Shown: positions 16,735 through 26,389 of the stretch, one piece after another
How the letters are laid out: the number at the start of each line of letters is the position of its first letter
Numbering within the stretch: the first letter of the stretch is position 1
From: an uncultured Thermodesulfobacteriaceae bacterium
GTDB taxonomy: Bacteria; Desulfobacterota; Dissulfuribacteria; Dissulfuribacterales; UBA3076
Reading direction: 5' to 3'
Length of the DNA: 34,873 nucleotides
Assembly (NCBI GenBank): GCA_964585405.1
Contig: CAZPDU010000070.1
Span: 1-34,873, forward strand
Program-made: the position numbers and the translations under genes
Notes under the pieces: model-generated
Told to the model about the DNA's origin: nothing
The model's database searches: none
What the model saw: only the letters and a program-made list of their open reading frames with translations

Positions 16735-18965
16735 TGTCCCCTATCTCCTACTACCTCCCAAAGTTGATATGATGGAGTATTTATAACTACAGGCCTGAAA
16801 TATGCGGGATTAAAAGTATATCTTAAAAATAATTTATTAAAAACCGATTCTGAAATATGCATGTCCATCAAGGCCCCAAACCTTGGAGAGATCCACATCT
16901 CGAAGTGTGGTCCGCTATCTCTTTGATAGCTTTTGCTAAGTATTCTCTGCCTCTCACGTTTAACAAGATGCGTAAGACCTATCATCCTATTACTTGTCCG
17001 CAAGATTCCCTTTTCTATATGGATATCCAGACCCTCGCTTCCCTTTATATATCCGTTTTCTTCACGCACATTATAAAAGGCCTTGTATACTGGATGTATT
17101 CCTTCTCTCTTTTCTACATCCCAGGTACCAAGCCAATACCACCAATAGCTGGTGACAGTGAGACGCCAATCCAGAAAGAGATAAACAGGACGAGTATTTT
17201 GCGGATAGAAAAAGCAAAGCCACTTATCCACATCCTGTAAATCTCCGACAGGCTCGAGTTCTGCTGAAGACAACAATTCCCTTGCCTTCGCGGGACCAGC
17301 TGACAGGACACCTTTAATGAGATCTACACCTCGGACAGGATCATTGCCTACCGCCTTATAGACATTACTAATACCATCCATTCCTGAGCTTACATAAAAG
17401 CGCATGAAGTTGGCTGCCAGACGTTCATCGCACGTGGCAAAAGGAAGGCCATTGTAAAAGGATCTGTGTCCGCCGTGAAGCGAACCGTCACCCACAGTCC
17501 CCCTTGCGGCCCAGTAATTCAAAGGATATCCATGGTCCCACCATGCCCAGATCACTGCATCTTTGGGGGTTTCTCTTGATGCCATATCCATGCCGGCGAC
17601 AAGGTGCGGAGGCTCCTTGGGCCAGAATGTTTTATCCATGTCCTTACTCAGAGCCGGCCATACAATAACAATTACCAATATAGGTGCTAATATAGAAAGA
17701 ATGAAAATTTTTCGGCGCCAGTACCAGATCTCGGATATCATATATCCTATTCCAAGGGCTGTAACAGGCGCAAAAAAGATCAGAAAGCGCTTGGCGAAAA
17801 AAAACGACAGCGCAGCCAGTATCAATGGAACGGATATAAACAGACTCTCCTTTGGACGACGATAGAATAAACACATAAGACCTGCGCATGCAAAAATGAA
17901 TGCAGGAAGGCTGTCGGTTGTCTTGGCTACAATCTCGTTGAATGAAGGTATTGCCTGCTCTGAAATTGTGGCCCCAATTGGAGGCCAAATCTCGGCTACT
18001 TCCTTTGTAGATATGTAGTGAAAGGAATTTGCGACATGTCTAAAAATCTTGAGCGGAAGATCCAGACCCATCCACAGTAGTATCACTCCGATTGCCAGCC
18101 CAGCTATTCCTAAAAATATAAATGCCTCTCTTCTTACGGGACGATAAAAAAATACCAGTGCCACAGCTAATGGTAACATCGAGACAACCGTCGTTACCTG
18201 AGGAGTTTGATCCCACCACCATAGAAAAAGCAAAAAAATAGCCATACCGCCGATAAAATAGAGATAACGCTTCCGATCGACTTCAATACCAAACTTAAGG
18301 AAGCAAAAAGCAGCCCCTGTGGCCCATGTGACGTTCATGCAATCTGTGTCAAACCAGCCTAAACTGCTCCTATAAACATAGTAATGTGAGAGCAACCCCA
18401 TTAGCGCGGCAGTGAGGCCCATGGCTGGACCTCCGTAAAAACGTCCCAATGCATATAAAGGCAGAGCCAGTAAAAGACCGAGGAATGCAGGAAGTACTGC
18501 CCCAATCCAGTTCAGAGAAAAAGGCGTAATTTTGGCCAAGCCTGCAGCCATCATCGAAATGAGGGGCGGTGGAATTTTTCTCGATACACCCTTGGGCACA
18601 TCACGATTTTTATCTACCGACGTATATGTGCCTTCAGCAAGATCCTTTGCCATAGTAAGATAGAAATAGCCATCAAAGGTGGTAAGTAAGGGCTCTCCTT
18701 TGTATAGAGCCAGTTCGGGGTGATTTTTCCAGTCCCGGATATCCTCTATGCGCACAAGCAGACCCACTCCAAGGATAAGTAAAAGTGCCAAGGCCTCTAT
18801 CCATAGGTTGTATTGAGCAAGGCGTTTGACATGATCCGTTACAGTATTTTTCCATTTATGAATATACAGCGATCCAATATCTCGAGAGCTTATCGCTGGA
18901 ACGGCAGTGATGGGTGCTGATTTTTTTTTGATCTTGGCCAAAGGCCTTTTACTTTTGCGACTCAA
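16731..18965 (-). CDS. pglB: STT3/PglB/AglB-family oligosaccharyltransferase (protein N-glycosylation)
   Basis: Multi-pass N-terminal half with TTFDGYFY (catalytic Asp), YRSSLGWFDTD (DxD), TISE (TIxE) and KRF. Soluble C-terminal domain with WWDHG (17543-17529) followed by DGSLH. Confidence 0.93.
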   Translation of the reverse strand: MSRKSKRPLAKIKKKSAPITAVPAISSRDIGSLYIHKWKNTVTDHVKRLAQYNLWIEALALLLILGVGLLVRIEDIRDWKNHPELALYKGEPLLTTFDGYFYLTMAKDLAEGTYTSVDKNRDVPKGVSRKIPPPLISMMAAGLAKITPFSLNWIGAVLPAFLGLLLALPLYALGRFYGGPAMGLTAALMGLLSHYYVYRSSLGWFDTDCMNVTWATGAAFCFLKFGIEVDRKRYLYFIGGMAIFLLFLWWWDQTPQVTTVVSMLPLAVALVFFYRPVRREAFIFLGIAGLAIGVILLWMGLDLPLKIFRHVANSFHYISTKEVAEIWPPIGATISEQAIPSFNEIVAKTTDSLPAFIFACAGLMCLFYRRPKESLFISVPLILAALSFFFAKRFLIFFAPVTALGIGYMISEIWYWRRKIFILSILAPILVIVIVWPALSKDMDKTFWPKEPPHLVAGMDMASRETPKDAVIWAWWDHGYPLNYWAARGTVGDGSLHGGHRSFYNGLPFATCDERLAANFMRFYVSSGMDGISNVYKAVGNDPVRGVDLIKGVLSAGPAKARELLSSAELEPVGDLQDVDKWLCFFYPQNTRPVYLFLDWRLTVTSYWWYWLGTWDVEKREGIHPVYKAFYNVREENGYIKGSEGLDIHIEKGILRTSNRMIGLTHLVKRERQRILSKSYQRDSGPHFEMWISPRFGALMDMHISESVFNKLFLRYTFNPAYFRPVVINTPSYQLWEVVGDRGQ

Positions 18966-19087
18966 TGCATCTACCTGATTAGTTTACTTAGATTCAAAAA
19001 CGCGTACTGAAGTAGATCAATCATACTGCAACTCTATCGTATATTAAGTTTCGTTCCTGAAAGCCTTTTTGCTTCAGCTTAACTATT

Positions 19088-21961
19088 TCATTTCATTATC
19101 TTATTCCAGATCTCTATAACTTCTGATCTTAGGCCTTTGAAATCCTCAGCCTCCACATAAGTCGATCTTTCTTGCAGGCTAAGCCTGTTTATTGTTTTTC
19201 TGTACCTCATATTAGCCTTTAAAAGGGTATCTGTGTAACTTTTGGGTATTAGGTTTATCTTTTCAAGTACATCGAGCAATCTAATGCTATTACTCCATTC
19301 AGCCAGGTCAGGATGCCGGAAAGCATTCGCCAATACCATATACTGCATAATAAAATCAATATCAGTCAGCCCGCCAGAATCATATTTAAGGTCAAATTTG
19401 CCTGGCCGTCTGTTCCCATATTTGTTTATTAATCTGTCTCTCATTGAGATGATGGAATGCTTTAAAATATCCGTATCACGGGGCTGGGCAATTATCTTTT
19501 TTCTCAGTTCATGAAACCTTTTGCATATCCTCATATCACCTGAAATCGTTCTCGCTCTCACAAGCGCCTGATGTTCCCAAGCCCAGGCCTGGTCCAATTG
19601 ATATTGGGAAAAGGCCTCCAGACTGCTTACCAAGACTCCTGATACCCCGCTTGGACGAAGGCGCATGTCTACCTCATACAGGACTCCTGCCTTGGTCTGG
19701 ATCGTCAAAATATGAATAATTCTTTGTCCCAGGCGGGTATAAAACATAGTGCTATCAAGTGGCTTTGGGCCGGCGGTCATTTGGCCCACATTCCCGTCAT
19801 GGAGAAAAACGAGATCAAGATCCGAACTATACCCCATTTCTGTTCCTCCAAGTTTGCCATAGGCAACAACTGCAAAGCCACAATTCTCTCTCTTAGCTTG
19901 GCCTGATATATAAATGGGCGCGCCGTGTCGATCTATCAGATGTTCCAGAGCAAGGACAAGGACTCTGTCTATAACTATCTCCGCAATGTCCGTAAGGTGT
20001 TGACTTACCTCCTGTACAGATAGCGCCCCTGATATGTCAGCCGCAGCTACGCGCAGCATATTGGCCTGTCTGAATCTCCTCATTTCATCCATCTGCTCCT
20101 CCAAGTCGGTCGATGGCACTCTGGAGAGCATCTTTTTTATGTCCTTTTTTAGAATTGACCTGTCAGGAGGTGAGTAAAGAGTGACTGGAGAAAGTAGTTC
20201 ATCCAGAAGAACAGGCTGTTTTGATAACAGCGTCGTTATCCATGCCCCTCTTGAACAAAGCCTTATCAGGTGTGTGAGGGCATTTGGATTTTCCAGAAGA
20301 AGAGACAGATAACAAGTCCGCCTCTCAATTGCCTCTATAAGAGCAAGTGTCCGTTTGAGAGCAAGATCTGGATGATCCGTCCTCCCTGCCTCCTCAAGCA
20401 CAAGCGGTATCAGACGGTCTAGCCGGTCTCGCCCCGAGGAACTGAGGCTCAGGCTAGTCCTGGAATTCTTTAGGCTTTTGAGAAAAATCAAGGTCTCATC
20501 GGTTTTTTCAAAACCCAATGACTGAAGGGTTCTTACAGCAAGGTCTTTATCGATTGTCCCAAACCAAATGCCAGATAAAAGCTGTTTTTTTAAATCCTTA
20601 GTTTTATTACTTTCCCTTGAAAAGAGTCCCTTAAAATGATAGTGAACTGTGTCCATATGTCTGAGAAGCACATTCACATACTCTTTCCAGCTCTGAAAAC
20701 CCATAGAAAGTGCGAGGCGGGCCTGAGAAAGGGTATCAGAGGGCAGCTTGTGTGTCTGTTGATCAGCGTATTCCTGCAGACGGTGTTCAGTTTTGCGTAG
20801 GAATATATACGCATCCCTTAATTGCCTGCATACGTCTTTGGGCAAAAAGCTTTGGGCAGCAAGGAGATCCAGTACTCGAAGAATGCTCCTTTCCCTAAGT
20901 TCAGGTATAGTGCCACCTCTTATGAGTTGAAAGGTCTGGCCTATAAACTCGATTTCCCGTATCCCCCCGGCGCCCAGCTTTATGTTATCTTTAATTCCTT
21001 TCTTACGCGTCTCCTGCTCTATAAGTTGTTTCATTTCCCTTAAGGAATCAAAAGCCCCATAGTCCAGATAACGGCGATACACAAAGGGCCTCAATGTTTC
21101 AAGCAGCAAATCTCCATTTTTGCCACCGGCAATGGGGCGGGCCTTGACCATTGCGTATCGTTCCCACTCTCTCCCCTGACTTTGATAATATTCTTCCATT
21201 GCATCGAAGCTCAAAACCACGGGGCCATTTTCACCATATGGTCTGAGCCTAGTATCCATACGAAATACAATACCCTCGGCGGTAGTCGCGCCTATAACAC
21301 TTATTAATTTGCGGCAAAGCCGGGTAAAAAATTCTTCGTTAGTGACGGATTTTGGGCCATCTCTAGTATGTCCGGACCCTGGGTATGTAAATATCAGATC
21401 AATGTCCGAGGAAAAGTTGAGTTCTCTTGCTCCCAGTTTGCCCATACCGAGAACAACCAAAAATTGGGGCCTGCCTTCCTTGTCCACAGGATAGCCGATT
21501 TCCTGGCATTGCCAGAGATGTAAGAGATTGAGAGCAGCTTTCAGACATGCCTCTGCCAGGGCTGAAAGGTCCGCCATAGTCTCTTGAAGTTCTGCCTGCT
21601 GAGCAAGGTCTCTCCACGCTATCCTGACCATCTCTCGCCTTCTAAGACGACGTAAAATTATTGCAAGCTGTTTATTCTCTCTGGCTTCTTTCACTGCATT
21701 GTTGATTATTCGGTCATAATTACCATTAGTATAAGAATTTATGAGATCACCGCTTTTCAAAAGATCTAGGAGCAGCCCTGGTTCCTTAAAACAATTCCTT
21801 GCGACAAATTCACTAAAGGACCAAACTTGTTTCGCAGTATTTATTATGTGTGGATCATCAGGAACAGGAAGACCGAATGAAAGCGCGGCCTGTGCAAAAT
21901 TTTTCCAGTAATTATCGGCCTTTAACAGAAGTTTTTCAGGTAGTTGTATGTGTGGCGACAT
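19088..21961 (-). CDS. glnE: Bifunctional glutamine synthetase adenylyltransferase/deadenylase
   Basis: Two NTase repeats, GMGKLGARELNFSSDIDL and AYGKLGGTEMGYSSDLDL, plus DTRLRPYG/DMRLRPSG, WERYA/WEHQA, KLGAGGIREIEF. Confidence 0.98.
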   Translation of the reverse strand: MSPHIQLPEKLLLKADNYWKNFAQAALSFGLPVPDDPHIINTAKQVWSFSEFVARNCFKEPGLLLDLLKSGDLINSYTNGNYDRIINNAVKEARENKQLAIILRRLRRREMVRIAWRDLAQQAELQETMADLSALAEACLKAALNLLHLWQCQEIGYPVDKEGRPQFLVVLGMGKLGARELNFSSDIDLIFTYPGSGHTRDGPKSVTNEEFFTRLCRKLISVIGATTAEGIVFRMDTRLRPYGENGPVVLSFDAMEEYYQSQGREWERYAMVKARPIAGGKNGDLLLETLRPFVYRRYLDYGAFDSLREMKQLIEQETRKKGIKDNIKLGAGGIREIEFIGQTFQLIRGGTIPELRERSILRVLDLLAAQSFLPKDVCRQLRDAYIFLRKTEHRLQEYADQQTHKLPSDTLSQARLALSMGFQSWKEYVNVLLRHMDTVHYHFKGLFSRESNKTKDLKKQLLSGIWFGTIDKDLAVRTLQSLGFEKTDETLIFLKSLKNSRTSLSLSSSGRDRLDRLIPLVLEEAGRTDHPDLALKRTLALIEAIERRTCYLSLLLENPNALTHLIRLCSRGAWITTLLSKQPVLLDELLSPVTLYSPPDRSILKKDIKKMLSRVPSTDLEEQMDEMRRFRQANMLRVAAADISGALSVQEVSQHLTDIAEIVIDRVLVLALEHLIDRHGAPIYISGQAKRENCGFAVVAYGKLGGTEMGYSSDLDLVFLHDGNVGQMTAGPKPLDSTMFYTRLGQRIIHILTIQTKAGVLYEVDMRLRPSGVSGVLVSSLEAFSQYQLDQAWAWEHQALVRARTISGDMRICKRFHELRKKIIAQPRDTDILKHSIISMRDRLINKYGNRRPGKFDLKYDSGGLTDIDFIMQYMVLANAFRHPDLAEWSNSIRLLDVLEKINLIPKSYTDTLLKANMRYRKTINRLSLQERSTYVEAEDFKGLRSEVIEIWNKIMK

Positions 21962-22235
21962 TTTCTCTAAAATTTTTCATCAAATATATATTGTTTTTAC
22001 CCTCTTTTTGATAGCCTTAACGACAAGTTAGAAACAGTTTACACTTTTCGATATTGATTTCTGAAAATGAAATTTGAAGCCTAAATCACTGAAATTGCAG
22101 ATATAGATGTTTTACCTAATTTCGAATTTCCAATTTCGACATCAGCACTTAAAATAGATAATACATATTATTTTCATAAAAAGTACAAACTGATAAATGA
22201 AGGGTGCCATCTTTTTTATTTTTATACTATAGAGA

Positions 22236-23396
22236 TTGGCATTTAAACAGGTAAAAGGACCGGACTCAGGTACAGTTTTGAAAACTGGAAATAATTTAGG
22301 TGCAAAACCCCGGATTTTGATTAGATCCACAAATTGGATTGGAGATGCCATCATGACTACACCTGCAGTGATGGCAGTTAGAAAAAACTATCCCCATGCC
22401 CACATTTCTATTCTAGGCAGGCAATGGGTAAAATCTGTCTTTTCTGGAAATCCTTCTGTGAATGAAATTATAACGTACAGCAGTAAAGGACGTAATAGCT
22501 CAATAATAGAAAAGATAAAATTTGCCAAATATCTCAAGTATAAAAAATTTGATCTTGCTATCCTGTTTCCAAATTCCTTCGAGTCGGCCATAATCACTTG
22601 GCTTGCCCACATACCCAGGCGCTTGGGTTATGCCACCGAAGCAAGACGCCCGTTTCTCACCGTCCCCGTATCAGTACCTGAAGATCGCAGGACTAAACAC
22701 GAAATATTCTACTACTTAAATCTTATTAATCATATAGATTACTTGTATTCTAATAACCATTCAACAAATGGAAGTGGAGATAAAAAAAGGAACGAACTGT
22801 TTCTTAAAGTCCCGGCCCAAGGGGAATCTGGGGCTAAGCGAATACTTGATCAGATTGGTTTAGATCAAAGGTCGTTTCTAATAGGGTTTAATCCGGGTGC
22901 CGCATATGGTCCAGCAAAATGCTGGCCGGTAAAGAGATTTGCATATTTAGGACAGGCTTTAGTGAAGCGTTTCAAGGATTGTCATATATTGGTCTTTGGG
23001 ACCGACCGGGAAAAGTCCGTGGCAGAGGATATTTGTGGTCCTATTGGTAAAATGGGCCATAATCTGGCTGGAAAGACGAGCCTTGCTGAGGCCATAGGCC
23101 TGATATCAAATCTCGATTTGCTCGTGACGAATGATTCCGGCCTTATGCACGTGGGAGCGGCCTTGGGAGTTCCTTTGGTTGCAATTTTTGGTTCTACAAA
23201 TCCGGTTACCACAGGTCCCTGGTCAGACAATAATATTATAATTCGTCATGAACTTCCATGCAGTCCATGTCTTAAACGCAGTTGTCCCACAGATTTCAGC
23301 TGCATGCTCAGTATCGAAGTTGAGGAAGTTTTGCAGGCATGTCTGCAACAGTTAAACAGGAAGAGTTGGCTTTTGAATGCATACGCAAATAAATAA
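22236..23396 (+). CDS. waaF: LPS heptosyltransferase II (GT9)
   Basis: RSTNWIGDAIM, LFPNSFESA, NPGAAYGPAKCWP, TNDSGLMH. True start may be a few codons downstream. Confidence 0.93.
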   Translation: MAFKQVKGPDSGTVLKTGNNLGAKPRILIRSTNWIGDAIMTTPAVMAVRKNYPHAHISILGRQWVKSVFSGNPSVNEIITYSSKGRNSSIIEKIKFAKYLKYKKFDLAILFPNSFESAIITWLAHIPRRLGYATEARRPFLTVPVSVPEDRRTKHEIFYYLNLINHIDYLYSNNHSTNGSGDKKRNELFLKVPAQGESGAKRILDQIGLDQRSFLIGFNPGAAYGPAKCWPVKRFAYLGQALVKRFKDCHILVFGTDREKSVAEDICGPIGKMGHNLAGKTSLAEAIGLISNLDLLVTNDSGLMHVGAALGVPLVAIFGSTNPVTTGPWSDNNIIIRHELPCSPCLKRSCPTDFSCMLSIEVEEVLQACLQQLNRKSWLLNAYANK

Positions 23397-23964
23397 TAAA
23401 AGAGCCGTGTTTCTTGACAGGGATGGGACAATCAATGAAGAAGTCGGTTATCTTTGCCGATTAGAGGATCTGACCTTAATAGAAAGGGTCGGATCAGCTA
23501 TTCGTCTCCTTAATGATTCCGGTTATAAAGTTGTAGTAATAACCAATCAATCCGGAGTAGCCAGAGGCCTTTTAGACGAAATTTTTGTTCAGAAAGTTCA
23601 TGCAGAAATAGCGAGGCGTCTTTCCAAAAGTAATGCCTATGTTGACAAGTGGTATTACTGTCCGCATCATGCGACTGAAGGTAAAGGGAAATATAGGATA
23701 GAATGCCACTGTCGTAAGCCATCTACAGGAATGGTAGATCTTGCCATAACAGAATTAGGCATAATTCCAGAGGAATCTTTTGTTGTGGGAGATAGTATTC
23801 GAGACCTAGAAACAGCTTGGAATGTGGGGGCTCAACCCGTATTGGTCTTGACTGGTTACGGGAAGAAGACTCTTTCTCGACTTTTACCTGATCAGAAAAA
23901 GAAGTTGCCGCACATTGCTTACGATCTATTTGATGCCTGTACATGGATATGCGAATACTGTTGA
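23377..23964 (+). CDS. gmhB: D-glycero-D-manno-heptose 1,7-bisphosphate phosphatase (HAD IIIA)
   Basis: FLDRDGTIN, TNQSGVARG, CPHH...CHCRKP, VGD. Confidence 0.95.
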   Translation: MHTQINNKRAVFLDRDGTINEEVGYLCRLEDLTLIERVGSAIRLLNDSGYKVVVITNQSGVARGLLDEIFVQKVHAEIARRLSKSNAYVDKWYYCPHHATEGKGKYRIECHCRKPSTGMVDLAITELGIIPEESFVVGDSIRDLETAWNVGAQPVLVLTGYGKKTLSRLLPDQKKKLPHIAYDLFDACTWICEYC

Positions 23965-25001
23965 TAAAGCTCAGCGCTATAGGCGATGTGGTACATACAC
24001 TCCCCTCACTTGCTGCTTTACGCAAGAGATATCCCGATGCACATATAAGCTGGTTGGTAGGTGAGGCGGCATCTGACCTGCTTTGCCATCATCCTATGCT
24101 TCATGAGGTAATAATTTATCCCCAGCGCAGATTTGGACAACTAGGGGGCGATCTCAGACAGTGGCCGAAATTGATTAAAGAGATCAGAAATTTTATTAAT
24201 CTTCTTCGCAGTAAAAGCTACGATGTTGTGATAGATTTTCAGGGTCTGTTAAAAAGTGGTATATTGACGGGCATTTCTCGAGGTAAATGCAAGCTTGGTT
24301 TTGCGAAAAGTAGAGAAGGAAGTTCTATATTTCTCACTGATAAGCTTCCACGCTATGATCCTGATGAACATGCAGTAATCCGCTATCTCAGGCTGACTTC
24401 TTATCTTGATGCAGATGTCGGGGAACCTGAATTCCCCTTAGCCATCGAAAAGGCTGATACAGAAAAGATGTCTCAACTATTACAGGATACAGGTGTAGGA
24501 GAAAGTCGCATACTTTGCCTTAATCCTGGAGCTACATGGGAAACAAAGAGATGGACATCAAGGGGTTTCGCAGAGGTAGCTGACCGTTGTTTCGAGCTTT
24601 GGAATATGACTACCATCATAGTTGGAGGGCCGGGCGATAAAGGCCTTGCCTCTGATATCGCACTGTGCGCAAAGCATCCTGTCATCGATTTCACTGGAAT
24701 AACCAGCCTCAGGACCCTTGCCGCCTTATACCAAAGAACAGAGGTCGTGGTAAGTACTGATACAGGCCCCATGCATCTCGCAGCAGCAGCTGGAGCCCCA
24801 GTGGTTGCTTTGTTCGGGCCTACTGCTCCATGGAGGACAGGGCCTTTTGGTAAAAAACAACAGGTCATCAGATTGGGACTTCAATGCAGTCCCTGTTTCA
24901 AACATCACTGCCCTGAGCCGAAATGCATGGTGGATATTTCTCCCGAACAGGTTATAAAAGCGGTCAAAAAAATTAGAAAAACTGGAAGACCAGGTGATTG
25001 A
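23949..25001 (+). CDS. waaC: LPS heptosyltransferase I-like (GT9)
   Basis: MRILLIKLSAIGDVVHTLP, DFQGLLKSG, TDTGPMHLAAA, LFGPT. Exact acceptor specificity is inferred. Confidence 0.82.
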   Translation: MRILLIKLSAIGDVVHTLPSLAALRKRYPDAHISWLVGEAASDLLCHHPMLHEVIIYPQRRFGQLGGDLRQWPKLIKEIRNFINLLRSKSYDVVIDFQGLLKSGILTGISRGKCKLGFAKSREGSSIFLTDKLPRYDPDEHAVIRYLRLTSYLDADVGEPEFPLAIEKADTEKMSQLLQDTGVGESRILCLNPGATWETKRWTSRGFAEVADRCFELWNMTTIIVGGPGDKGLASDIALCAKHPVIDFTGITSLRTLAALYQRTEVVVSTDTGPMHLAAAAGAPVVALFGPTAPWRTGPFGKKQQVIRLGLQCSPCFKHHCPEPKCMVDISPEQVIKAVKKIRKTGRPGD

Positions 25002-25026
25002 GTGATTTGATGATTGGAGGTAAGTT

Positions 25027-25218
25027 ATGAACAAATCAATTAGTCCAGAGCTATTAAATATTCTTGCATGTCCCAAGTGTAAGGGAGAAGTGAAGCTTAC
25101 TGAAAATGAAGACGGCTTGATATGCGAGAGTTGCGGTCTGCTCTATGAAATAAGGGAAGGTATCCCGGTTATGTTGATAGATGAGGCCAAACCTTATCCG
25201 GTAAAAAGAAATAAATAA
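25027..25218 (+). CDS. Trm112-like (YcaR/UPF0434) protein
   Basis: LLNILACPKCKG...LICESCGLLYEIREGIPVMLIDEA. RBS GGAGGT. Confidence 0.93.
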   Translation: MNKSISPELLNILACPKCKGEVKLTENEDGLICESCGLLYEIREGIPVMLIDEAKPYPVKRNK

Positions 25219-25377
25219 ATCTTATGATGAAACCTGGTAAACAGGACTTCACTGAAAATTCTTCATTTGTAAAGAGAAAGATTTTCTAGAAAAAAACATA
25301 TTTGGCCTACATAGAAATGGCAAGGAAATCAGATCAACGCAGCGAATAGAACATTTTGAGCAAAATCAAAAAATGAA

Positions 25378-26364
25378 ATGGAAAATCATATAAAGATACT
25401 TAAGGAAGCTATTCGTCGATTTGACTCCTCTTGTCTGCTGGTGGCCGGAGATATCATGCTTGACCAGTTTGTCTGGGGTGACGTGTCGAGAATATCCCCT
25501 GAAGCACCGGTCCCTGTTGTAGAAGTTCAGAAGGAGACCGTACTACTTGGCGGTGCGGCAAATGTGGCAAATAATCTCCGGGCACTGGGCAGCCCTGTGA
25601 TCCTTGGGGGTGTGGTCGGGAAAGATGCCATGGGCCAAAACCTTCGGGAACTGGCCGTTTCCAAGGGTATAGATGTGACCTCTGTTATTGATGGCATACG
25701 CCCTACCACTATTAAGACCAGGATAATCGCCAGAGGCCAGCAGGTAGTGAGAGTTGACAGGGAAAACAATAGCTCCTTAAATGATTCATCAATAAAGGAC
25801 CTGACCAAGACCTTTGAAATACTGGCCCCTGGAATCGAAGGAATTATTGTGTCTGACTATGCCAAAGGCGTAGTCTCTGATCTATTCATGGCTGAATTAA
25901 AAAAAATCTCGAGCAAGAGAGGCATTCCGCTTTTAGTAGACCCTAAGCCTGCCCATAGCCATCTCTACCATGGAGTGACTCTGTTGACACCTAATCGGCA
26001 AGAGGCAGAGTTAATGGCGGGTCTTGAAATCAAAGATGCGGAAAACCTAACTAGGGCCGCACAAAAGATTCAGGAAAGAATGGGGACAGAAGCCGTACTT
26101 ATTACGCTGGGATCTCAAGGTATGGCTCTATGGCAAAAAGAAAACGGATTATTTACAGTACCGACTATGGCACGTGAGGTATTTGATGTAACGGGTGCCG
26201 GAGATACGGTCATAGCAACCATGGCTTTAGGAATAGTTAATGGGCTCAGTTTCGTTCAAGCGGCCTATTTAGCAAATATTGCCGCGGGTATAGTGGTTGG
26301 AAAGATCGGAACTGCTACTGTGGCGCCTGAAGAGATCATGGAGATATTGGAAAAAAAGGTATGA
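25378..26364 (+). CDS. rfaE1: D-glycero-beta-D-manno-heptose-7-phosphate kinase (stand-alone RfaE domain I)
   Basis: GDIMLD, RISPEAPVPV, GGAANVA, SDYAKG, TPNRQE, DVTGAGDTV. No fused adenylyltransferase domain. Confidence 0.95.
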   Translation: MENHIKILKEAIRRFDSSCLLVAGDIMLDQFVWGDVSRISPEAPVPVVEVQKETVLLGGAANVANNLRALGSPVILGGVVGKDAMGQNLRELAVSKGIDVTSVIDGIRPTTIKTRIIARGQQVVRVDRENNSSLNDSSIKDLTKTFEILAPGIEGIIVSDYAKGVVSDLFMAELKKISSKRGIPLLVDPKPAHSHLYHGVTLLTPNRQEAELMAGLEIKDAENLTRAAQKIQERMGTEAVLITLGSQGMALWQKENGLFTVPTMAREVFDVTGAGDTVIATMALGIVNGLSFVQAAYLANIAAGIVVGKIGTATVAPEEIMEILEKKV

Positions 26365-26389
26365 ATAGCATCCAGCAAAACCCTGATAA

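Noticed and set aside
13520-18929. A9 tracts on the coding strand of a GT2 (13520-13528) and at the OST 5' end (18921-18929) as phase-variation sites
   Set aside because: A8-A9 runs are frequent throughout this AT-rich window and encode Lys runs in intact frames. No long G/C tracts are in the glycan genes.
22118-22138. Heptamer tandem AATTTCG-AATTTCC-AATTTCG in the glnE/waaF divergent region
   Set aside because: Only three imperfect units; too short to call a repeat element, CRISPR or operator.
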